This document shows, in pieces, positions 13,286-25,361 of a stretch of 64,000 nt of DNA. The DNA is from Orbicella franksi. Lineage: Eukaryota. The translations under genes were made by a program, and so were the position numbers. Position 1 is the first letter of the stretch; each line of letters opens with the position of its first letter. Under the pieces are notes generated by a model. The model had not been told where the DNA came from. It searched no databases and was given only the letters and a program-made list of their open reading frames with translations. The stretch lies in assembly GCA_964199315.1 (NCBI GenBank), contig OZ116701.1, positions 17,298,001-17,362,000 on the forward strand. Reading direction: 5' to 3'.

Positions 13286-16200
13286 ATGGATGGCTGCGCT
13301 AAAGAGGCGAAAATAATGTTAATAGAGAAACGTAGCGAGAATCTTCACAAGGCTTCCTCGATTTTATCTGTTAGCGCAATTCTGTTGACGATGGTACTGT
13401 TCATCAGAATGCAGACAGTGGTCGATGACACGAAAATGATGGATTTAAAATTCACTCTGGAAATTCGACAAATCAAAGATGCTTTGAAAGAAAAGAAAGC
13501 TTCTCATCAAGCTCGTGTGAAAGGGAACTTTGATGTTGTCAGTGGTAAGTGATGAAAGAAGAAATATTGAAACATAGGTTTAAAGAAAGTAAATCCCGTC
13601 TTGTTATCGGACCCCTTCTGATGAACAAGGTATCTATTGTCTCAAAGCTTTGCACGTTTTTCACGGTGACAACGAGTTTGATGCAATGCTTATCAGTTAA
13701 CGGTGTCGATGAAAACGAAAGCTGAAGGTTTCTGTCTTCCCTCTATGTAATCCTTTCAGCAGAGAATACAGTTAGCAATTCAAGTAAGCAAAGTTTCGTA
13801 TCGGAACAAGAGTATCATTTTATTTAGTTTGCAGAGCGTTGTAGTCGTGTTACAATTTGGTATCAGCTCGGCCTGGATGGGTTGATAATTCAATTTGTCC
13901 ATTTTGGCGCATTTTGCCGGCATTAAAAGGTTGCCAACCGTTGATGTTTCAAATCACGGAAGTTAGGATTTGAATCTAGTGACTGACGTTTTCACTTTTA
14001 TTGAAATGGAGACATTCAAACGACCAGTGACCCCCATATTTTGTTTTATGAACTGAAACATACAAAACTGCATTGATTTTGCGAAAAACAAGAACAACTG
14101 GAAAATCAACAAACGTTTCATAGTTATATACAGTAAATAGATTTGATCTTCAATCTGAAGACTAATTTAATGCAGATATGCCCTCAAAGACTGTTGTTGA
14201 CCGCAGCTACAAGATTGACAAGATTGTAATCTAAATTAGTCCGCTGGCAGTCCACATCATCAATGCGTTCATGTTCACGAACAATCACTCGTCTGACCCA
14301 AGGAGAAAAGACCGGCTACCAGCAGTCTTAAACCAAATAGACGTCAATAAACCCGGCGTGAACAACAAGAAAAAATTTATTAAAACAATTAAAACGTTAT
14401 CTGGTTGAAAAGTTAGATTAAAATAAGGTCAATAAGCTTTCGGCTGCCAACACGAATGATCAGAAAGACGCGAATGGATGGATATATAGAGTAAAAAGTC
14501 TGAAAAAGTACAGATTAAAAATGTATAATTAAAGTTGTGACAGCTGGATAATGAAAAGAGACTAATTTTATCGTTATTAGTCTAGAATTATTGCCCGCCT
14601 CATGAGTCATGGCGGTGTGCCATGACTTCAGAGTTTGTCGCACACGATAATCGCCTTTGTCACTTACTTTAGAGTTGTCGAAGTCGATTTGATGGTCTTT
14701 TCAACCATGCATGGTTCGAAATGATAGAGCCTGAGTTGCAATTCTATGATGACATGTTCTTTTTCTTCGCGTTTGGAGGCATCTGCTCGTTTCTTTCAGT
14801 ACAGTCACCGCAGGGAATCTTATAAACAACGTTTGTTTGGGGGTGGCTGGGTGGCCTGAATTTCGGCGAAGGGAATTCTTGCCATAAAGTTTTGTAAGGT
14901 CTGGCAACAACTCGAATTCCACTAATACGAAGTAATCTTTGAAGTAGTTCAGTGACACCATTGACGTAGGGCAGACAAGAGAAATCAAAACGGGTCACAG
15001 ATGGCTCAGCCCGCTTGAAAAACATGCACACTAATTCTTCTGAGGAGAGGAAATTATTTCCACAGCAGGTTTATTCTTTAAGATGTTGGTAATGATCGAC
15101 AGGGGGTAACCATTTTCTTCCAAAGCACGAGTAACATGTTTAAGTTCATTATATTTTGCTTCAGTTGTACTTGAGAGGTTGGGCGCCCGATAAGCTGTGC
15201 CGGTTTTGTGCTTCTTGTCATGGTGGGTGTACGTCTAGTAAGCGCTACAGACGTCACAGCTTGAATGCACGAGTTTAATCATGCTGGGCGTAGGCACGAG
15301 AGAAACAAAAGTGATCTTAGGTGTGTGTGATTCAGCTGAAAAAAATAAACCAGACAAAATATTTAAGTACAAAATATAGCGACTAAAGAAAACCGGCTGA
15401 CAACGGAGCAAATAAACTTACAAAACTGTGGCGACTCGAATTCTATAATTTGTACTTCAGGGTTCACAACAGTGAAGTAGCTAAGGAAAACGTGGTAGAA
15501 ACCAGCAGATCGAACTTTCAGTGCTAACAAGCACTAGAGAAAATGAAACACAAAACTACGCATAAAGAAGAACGCTTAAGTACTACAGAGTGGGTTGCAT
15601 AATTCCCAGGGGTCACGGAGAAACGTGACACCCAAAAGCAAAGAAAGTTCTAGTCGCTACATTGGGAACCAATCATTATTTGCTGGTTTTCTATAAACTT
15701 GAATAGAAATTATTCCACTGATCCGGGTGACCAAGGTGTCCAAAAATTAGTTTTATCCATTACTTTCGGTTTCAATCGAGAAAGAGATCTTAGGGTCAAT
15801 GAATTCAAAGTGTCAGAGGGCGTCTTTCTTGTTGATGAGAAAGTGTCGTGGATTTTTTTTTAACAATCCTTGTAAACACAGTAGTTGTTGGAAAGAACAA
15901 ATTACAAAAGGGAGATTATGTCATCAGTATTGAGATTAGTTCTGGAGAATAATGTACTGTCATTATTGAGTTTGTCGCGAATATAGGAGCAAGCTTTCTT
16001 GACAGGAATCGCTGTAAAGGGGAGGACCAACTAATTAATTAACAACCAATTTAACAACATTGTTTTTAGTATTCTCGCAATGAGTACATGCTAATGCCAA
16101 AGATGCAATAGAAGTACTATAATATATCTAACTTACAAATTAAACTGTAATAACATTCTGTCTGTGATCCATGCAGCAGTGGATAGATAGGTAGCTGTAA

Positions 16201-18220
16201 GGCTGCTGATAATTGGAGACCCTTTCATATACCGATCCATTTTGTAGCCGTCAGTTAACGGTGAAAATTGGAAATCCTGTTTTATGCTGATTAATTGTTT
16301 AGTTGAGTTTCAATCTGTTACTGTCCTTCAGAGCAGAGAAAAACGTCTCCGTGGCAACTGTTTATGCAAATGCTCCTATAATACGCATGACGGATATTGT
16401 TTCTCTTCTAATTTGAATTATGTGGGAGTTATAATGCCCTCTCACCAGGTTTCTGGGGAAAATCTCTTGGTGAAAACTGCAGTTTATAAGTAAGGAGAAT
16501 CAATTTTAAGCATTTAATTTTGTATTCTGTGGGGCCAGGGTCTTAATTTTCAACTCTTCACAACCACTCATTCTAAGACAATAAGCATCCAATGTGTTTC
16601 GCTTCTACAAACGTAACAAAGTAATTTGCCAACCGGTTTCGTTGATGTATAACTTTTTGCAAAGAGTGCAAGCTATGCAGTAGATGACATTGGCTGAGGT
16701 ACAGGTGAAATGATCAGTGATCTTGACGGATCGGTTGGGTTCCGATATTTTCTCAGCGTTGCAAATGAAAGGACATGTTTTGCAAACTTTAAATTACTTC
16801 AAAATGATCCCGATACTGGTAGAATCTTTCCGCAACCTCCATTAATTTCATTCAAACGCGACAAAAACATAGGTACTTTTTAGTCAGAAGTGCATTCCAA
16901 ACAAGTGATCAACCCGGAACTTTTATATGCGCACGCGCACGATGCAAAACATATCCTTTCCTCATTTCACCTGTACCTCAGCCAATGTCATCTACTGCAT
17001 AACTTGCACTCTTTGCAAAAAGTTATACATCGGCGAAACTGGAAAACGACTAGGCGACCGATTCCGAGAACACCTTCGTGACGTTGAGAAAGACGACAAA
17101 AACACATCTAAACCGGTCGCGAGACACCTTAATCTCCCCATCAAGGAAGTACATTGTACGGAAAGCCGCAAAACTCTAGAACAAAAATTTATTTTACAAA
17201 TCGGCACTCTTAATCCTCACGGTATCAACGAACGCTTTTCATTCAACTAATTTATTCTGTTGTTTTTCACGTTACCATGCACCAACCAATAGCGTAGCTC
17301 CATCTTTTTGTATATAAACTACACACAACCCACAATTCCTCGATTCGCTCCGACGAAGGGCTAACGCTCGAAACGTCAGCTTTCAAATCTCTTTACGGTG
17401 GCCAATTCACATTATCAACCCAGTTGATAAAACCAAATTATCTTGTTACACTCCCCACCGACGCAGCGCCAGTTTCTTTAGAAACTTACCCCCTCTATTA
17501 ATTGGCCAACCCTCTCTCCCCCCTCTCACCGTTTCATGTGCAAATCAGTTACCTATAGGTAATCGGACATAAATGCCAACATTTCATTTTTCCATAGACA
17601 TAAAGTCCAACCGTCACATTTCACGACGCAGCTTAAAACCAGACCGCCAGTATCCTGATGGCATTCAAGAAATGAGTGACGGGATCAAAAAGTATGTAAC
17701 CTCCATTGTTAAGAAATCTGTGGAGTCTTACTGTCTCTCTCCTAACAAAGTGTGCGTGGCAGGTCCCCCCGGACCAAAGGGGATCGAAGGATCTCGCGGT
17801 GAACGAGGACCAAAAGGAAGTACTGGAATCAAGGGCGAAAAAGGTATTTAAGATTAAGTCACGTGACCTTTCGCTTAATGCTATATTCTAACGGAGAGCT
17901 CGTCAGTCCTTCAGTCAAAACAAAAATTAGAAAATAAGAAAAATAAGTTTTCAATTGCTGGTTTTCAGTGTCACGCAATTCAAAATAGACCAAAATAAAA
18001 ATCAAAACCGGTCGATAGATAAAGTCCAGAATCTGGGAAATGAAAGAAGGTAAATATGCAAAGACTCTCGCCAAAATTCTGGTCACAGCAATTTTTCTTA
18101 TGCGAGATATGCGGAGAAATTTTTTACGCAAATTTATAGAGATTTGTATGGATACGCCATGCTGGTGCCCATCCGTATGGGCACCAACATGGCGGCCGGA
18201 AACCAACAGAAACACCTGTT

Positions 18221-18253
<33 letters not shown>

Positions 18254-18383
18254 CTCGAGGAGCTCTAAAACATTAAAATAATACTTTTTCTAAGACATGA
18301 ACTGTTCAGATAGCCAAGTTCCCCAAAATAAGTCACTTTTTTTAACCATCATGACAGCTCTCAGGGCCGTCATGTAAATGCCG

Positions 18384-18416
<33 letters not shown>

Positions 18417-21400
18417 GTATCACAAAGCCAAGAACCCATTCGGAGCGAAAATTTGTATGAATAATAGTTTTCAGCTGCTCTTATACATCGTTTAAGTAAA
18501 ATTTCAGGAAGATCAATAGTTTGGTAGTTCGAATTTTTGTGACGTCATGTGAAAACCAGCTATACAGGTTTATTTTAAACGCTTTTTAGAGTTTTTGTCT
18601 TTTTTATTTTTTACGCTCATGATACTGGAGGGGCGTCTTTATGCCTTGCTTCTCCCCCAGCCTTCTCCGCTTAGCGTCCTAAGTATTTCTAAAAGCTTAA
18701 GTAATCACTCGTGATCAAATTGATGTGGTATATGAAATATAAAAACTTGTTGAATAACGTGTCATTCATGTAGTCATATCACACCTAAGAAACCCCTAAT
18801 TTCAAAATGTCCACCATCTTTGATACCCCATGTTGAATATCAACTGAAGCATTTTTCAGCTCCGAAGTTGATTTAAAACATCAGAAAAAAAAAACATAAA
18901 AACGCAAACATTGCAAAAATTTTTGAATAAAGTCTTTATTCAATCCAGAATCCTGGATGGGTTCTCTCGGCCGGTGACGAAACATTTGCCAAACTACTGT
19001 GCTCTTTGTATCTTGGCTTTTTCTGACATAACGAACTAACAAATGATTATAAATGACAATACACTGTGTCATTTGAAGAAGACAGTTAGCGCACAAAGAA
19101 CTACCATAGAACAAATCAAATGATCGTTATCTTAGCGCCATGTATGTTATTCGAAATTTGTACTGTAAGTGAAAAACTTATATTCCGAGGAAATGACAAC
19201 GAGAAAGGAAAAGATTAAGGAACAAATGAAACTTAGCGATTCAAATTCCTGTCACACTCCTTTTATATATACATAAGTTTCAAACTAACAACGAGAAAGG
19301 AAAAGGTTAAGGAACAAATGAAACTTAGCGATTCAAATACCTGTCACACTCCTTTTACATATACACTAGTTTCAAACGTCTGCCGTTGTTTACATTGAAT
19401 CATTATTTTTCTGTTGCAGGAGCTCCTGGAGATCCGGGACCTAAGGGTGATGCAGGGGAGTCGATATCTGTTCCAGAAGTGATTGTATCTCCTGCCTCAC
19501 TCACTGTAACTCAGTACCAGACCGCCACATTTTACTGCTCAGCTGATGGTAATCCGAAGCCTAGCGTATCCTGGAGTAAAACAAGTGTCACAGGACAGGT
19601 GAATAAGGAAGTCCAAGGCAATAAGCTCCAGATCAAGAGTGCTGGTTACAATGACTCGGGGAGTTACGTTTGCACGGCTACAAATATCTTGGGACAAGCT
19701 AAGAAGGTTGTGAAACTTTTTGTACAAGGTAATCAATTTTATAATTGTGATATGCCTTAAAGTAGAGCGTTGCTAAGGGGAGCACTTTCGTCTGTTAGGA
19801 AAAGGTTTGCGTGAGTCCGTCACGCTCATTCTGTGGTGCATTTACTGGTCTGTTCCAGGCTCTCGGTCAGTGACGAAGAAAAACGCGGGCGGGCAACGAG
19901 CAGATCCCGGCACACTGGGGATTTAAGCCCCTTTAAACGCTAAGTACGTCTAAGTACACAAACTTTGCTTCCTTTTTTCTCCAAACTTTTCTCCTACCCT
20001 TGAATTCCTGTCTTGATCATTTCAGTTTTAAAAAATCCGACAAAATTTCAAATTATGACGTCATATTTGATGACGTCACATACACATGGTCTATGACGTT
20101 TATAGTTTCATACCATAAAATCATTCGATCGAGTTCATGACTAGTGGAACAATGTACTGAAAACCGTTTCTCAGTATGACAAATATTTTTTGATCTATAA
20201 CAATTTAAATATATTTCACTGGCTCCCCACGGAACTATATTGTTTCTTCAAAATCAATCGTATTGGTTTATTTTCTCCAGTCTTCATTGAAAAATGCTAC
20301 AAATTCGGTAAAATAAAGAACTTAGTGTCCCTAAAAATCGCAGGTATCGCTTTGGATTTTTTGTTTTCAGTTCTCAACTACTTTTGTCTCTGTCTTTCGA
20401 AAACATTAAAAAATGTTAGAATTTACGAGTTTAAAATTAGCAGAATGGTATGGTGTGACGTCATCGTTTATGACGTCATAATCTGACATGCGCTGTCCAC
20501 TGTTTACTTTCCAAGTCTGGTGACGGTATGTTAAGTTTGACACAGCGTGGTATATTTAAAACAATATTTCGGCTGGCCAGACCAGCCTTCTTCAGGTTTA
20601 GATGTTACTTATTTAAAAAATAAAATTACAATATTATATAGTGGTGGATGTCTTAACACATATTTCGAGACTAAAAGGAGTGGCAGAAATCAAAAACAAA
20701 ACAAAAAAGTCTTATAGTCAATTGTGAATTTAGGCGGGAAGACACCAATGCGAAATCTCCATGCTGTAATATCGTTTCTATTTCCGCCACTGCTTTTAGT
20801 TTCGAAGTAGTTTCGCGTAGTAACTAAGAACTATAACAAATATTAATCTGGTCTAATAGTTTCAATCGTTACTGATTTGTTTGTTTGTTTTTTCGTCCAG
20901 TTCCTCCACAATTCCTTGAGATTCCTGCTAGTGTTTTAAAAGTAACTGCAAATTCCACAGCTTCTCTTTCCTGTCGAGTATTTGGTTATCCACCACCGAC
21001 AATTGTATGGTCAAGAGGACTTGCACCGCTACCACAAGGTCGAACCACTGTTATCAATGGTACACTGAATATCTCCAACTTTAGTCCTCAAGATACTGGT
21101 CCTTATCGGTGTAAAGCCACGAATAAGTTGGGATCTGTTGGTGCATTGACAACCCTAAATTATGTCAAACCAGGTGAGTACCAATGAAGATAGATCTAAA
21201 TCGTATTTGTCCCAGAATATCTCCCAATTTAGTCCTCAAGAAGCTGGGCGTTAACCGTGAAGCTACGAACTGTTAGGGTGCGATAACCTGCGCAACATGT
21301 GTGTGGCAGTACCTGGGGACTAATTTTGTTTATTTTAATTATTTATTGCTTCACTGATTGAAACATCTAAAACAGTAGCCTACGCAGACTCCCCAGCTAA

Positions 21401-24400
21401 GCTGAAAGTCGACAGGTAGTTTAGCCCTGTATTTTTGAGTTACACTGCTCAACTTAAGTAGCCTTTGTTATCACTACTATTAGAGGATCGCTAAAAAGGC
21501 ATCTTATGGCCAGACCGAGATTTACAAACTCCCGCTGTTATTAGAAATCAGTTTTTTTGTTTTTCATTTCAGATGATACCCTAATGTTCCGCTGTGCATC
21601 CTTGTGGTGTAATTGGCGCACACATTAGGAAAATAACCCCATTTTCTTACAATTGAGCTCGATAGAGAGATGCATAATCCTTTCCACGTGGTCGTGAGCC
21701 ATGTATCATTTTCTTGATTGTAGCGTAAACCAATTTTAACGCATGTAATGTCAATCAGAATTATCTGAAATGTGAACTTACCCAGTACTGGTAAAGTTAT
21801 AATTGTGCTTTCGAGAACAAACCATGCGAACAAAAAAAAAGAAGTACTTAGTTACGCCTAAAATTGTACGCCTTAATTATGAAACATACATCAGTTAATT
21901 TACCCATCCGTATTAGTTTATGATTTTCAACTATTACTTAACCCTTGGCTTTTGTCTTTTCTAGCTGATGTTGCAAGTTTTTAGTAGGGTCTTTAAATTT
22001 TAACTTGAATTGAGATGTCATTTTTAGATTCAAAGGAATCACCTTAAGCATATTGATCACGTATTAATCAGCTAATTTTCAAACTCGAGTTAATTTGTTT
22101 TTATCTTGGCAGTCTGGTGTTTCTTTCTGCAAAATGGCCATTTATAGTGTAAGAGGTTGATGAACATTCTCACAGTAGCTAGGTGATGATCTTATTGAGC
22201 CGTTGAAGTGATTTTGTTGAGACCATGGTACTCAACTGAAGACATTCAGACGTTTTACTTACGAAAACTTTTAAGTCTCTTGTTGACTGTATAACATTTT
22301 GCTAAACTTGTCTTTGTTTTCCTTTTTGAAATTACAGATTTCTGGAAGAATTCGTTGATAATAACAGGAAATGCCCTTTATGAAAGTCGCCTTCATGAAT
22401 TCCTAACACCAGCTGTTGGAAGCAACCCTAGTTGGGTGCTGTGTTACCGCTCTTCCACTCACGGCTGGGCTTCAAGTACATTCCACAGCAGGTGTGATGG
22501 GAAACGAAACACGGTTACCATTATCAAAAAGGGACAATGCGTGTTTGGAGGATACACTGATATAACTTGGGGTAAATAGAAATTTCCACGTGTGTTTTCT
22601 TTAATTATAGTTTATTTAGGGACGGACCATTAGAAAAGTAAAGGGGGTGGGGAAAATACAGAAAAAAAAAAACATTTATGCAAGGGAGGGTGACTGAAAC
22701 AAAAATTCGTCCAAAGAAGAAGAGAAGCAAAAAAAATTCCTGCAGAGTGAATTGCACTGTCGGGCTTACAAAATGTACCCGCCTGAAGGGCACCGTGGTA
22801 GACACTTTATATTGCAGTTTTCTTGGTCCTGGTGAAATCCCCAATGACCTGGGTTTCTCTACAATTAGGAAAACGGACATTTTTCCCTTTCAAGGCTGAT
22901 ACACTTTGTGCGGAGCAACTTCATCATAGACACTGTAAGCCAAACACCCTTGCAGAAAAATCCTTATAGGTAACCATGGCTTAAAAGTGATTTAAAAAAG
23001 CATGTTCTTTAAACAGCCGCCCTTTTTAATTCGTTTGCTTTCAAGCAAACGCAGCACATACCGTGTTTTGAAAGTCCGACATATAGGAGTGATTTCACAA
23101 CTGACATGTATAAATGACGATTGCGGACACAGATGTGCACACCCATTGCGAACCGTAACACTTCTCCTGAGATGGCCGCCAAGATCAACGATCGACAAAT
23201 GTTGTAATCAAAGACAATCATAGAGGTGTTAACACAACTGATGCGTTTAGTATGGGCAGCTTCAGTCTATTTTAATCCAGGTTCTAATGAGTGGTGTTAA
23301 AGTAATTTTGGAGCCAGCCTGCAGGCCGTTAAAGCCTGACATCTCGGCACTCACCTGACTTCTTCCTAACTTCTTCTTATGATAAAACATGTTCGCATAA
23401 ATAAAGAAATAAAGAGTGCAGTAACTGGACCTCATGTTGTACAACCGCCGCGAGGCCGATTTGAAATTTGGAGGACGATTACTCCCTGAATAGTACGACA
23501 CAAGGTCTAATTACTCATCCATCGTTTAATTTGGGTCAAATTCGTCAAAAACTTGGAAGCCAACTTACCATCATCAACCCGTGCTCTGTTCTCTGATAAA
23601 GCACGCTGTTTCAGCCAATCAGAGCGCGCATTATATGGAAACTTTGTTATAAATCACTATATAAAAGTGAAAAAAATAGTATTCCGGTTTTTCTGGATGA
23701 TGTTCGGAAGGTATTTCCTCTATCATGAATTACGGAAAAGGTTAATCATTTGAATCTTAAAGTTATTGTCGTTTCACAATTTCAGATTCAAATTTCAAAA
23801 TTAAAAAAGTCTTTTGAGAACTGGGTAAGATGAAAGATTGTTATATAGCTGGCGTTTTTCCCGCTACAGCGCGCCCATTCACTGGCTAGTTCATGGTCAC
23901 ATGACATCTAACAATGAAACTGTTACACGCCAAATGCCATGAACGGGCAACATTGCGAAAACTATGACGTTAAACGGGAAAAAGTTCACTGTTACCCACG
24001 AAATGTTGACCGTTGTTGCACGTCATTTGTCAATAAAGTGAATATTTTTTTCCACCGGTTTGACCCATTTTTTTGCTATATCACAAAGCACTTAATGACT
24101 GATCCCTTGGGAAACAGTGAATTTTGTTTCCCGAAAATCTGAATGTTTCCCGAGACGAAGTCGAGGGAAACAATGAAATTTTCGGGAAACAAAATTCACT
24201 GTTCCCCTCGGGACCAGTCATTAAGTGTTAATTATTATTGTATATAGGATCGACGGAGCATACGAAATTATTTTTTGTCCTGATTTGGTCGTCAAATTTC
24301 TATGCTTAATTGTAATGTAATTCCCATTTAATTTAATTTAATTTCCTATTTCATTCTCCTCAAAGACGAATAGCTCATAAGTTGAATCTTAGTATCTCCA

Positions 24401-25329
24401 ATATGTCTGTGAAATCTGATAATCAAGTTAAATATTTAGGACTCATTTTTGATTCCAATTTGAACTGGAAACCATACTTACACGAATTGAGCAAGAAGGT
24501 TTCAAGAGGTATTGGAGTACTATCTAAAATTAGATATTATGTAAATAGAAACATATTACATCAATTATATTATTCAATTATCTACCCCGTCCTCACCTGC
24601 GGTTTATCAATTTGGGGGCAATACTTATAGTGCTACTCTTAAAGCCTTAATAACTCTTCAAAAAAGAGCTATACGTACTATAACTTTTTCAAAACCAGAT
24701 GAACACGCTGAACCTCTTTTTAAGGAATTAAAGATCCTTAAATTAACTGATCTTGTTATCCTTCACAATGCACTCCTCATATATCACTATTACTAAAATC
24801 TTCTTCCATCTTCCTTTGAAAATTTCTTTCAAACAGTAGCATCTGTACACTCATACAATACTAGGCTTGCTTCTAAATCAACCTATTACATCAATACCAT
24901 CAAAACAAACTATGGTAAATTCAACATTCGCTTTGCAGCTGTAAAAGTTTGGAATCACCTTGACGAAAGCATTAAACAACTCCCCCTTAAAACGTTTAAA
25001 AACAAAGTCAAGCTAAACATCTTACAGTCTTACTGTTCATGAGTTTTCAGCTGGTATTTGTTTATTTATTTTATTAATTTATTTATTTATTTTTTATTTA
25101 TCTATTTATTTATTTATTTATTTATTTATTTCTTCTTTTCGTCTCTTTTTTATTGACAAATTAATTGCTTTCATCAAGCTTTAGTGCCAACCTACCTCCT
25201 GTACTTCAACATTACTTAGTTTTACTCAGCTCGATTAGCTTTTTACTTATTCTGAGTAAACATTACCTCTTTTTTGTATTAATATATTATATTGTAAAGT
25301 TTAACTTTTTTTTATTTGGTAATAAAAGC

Positions 25330-25361
<32 letters not shown>

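Noticed and set aside
19196-19378. 92-bp tandem duplication in copy B intron 2, and a 21-bp duplication at 47709-47751
   Set aside because: Simple local slippage duplications with no evidence of function.
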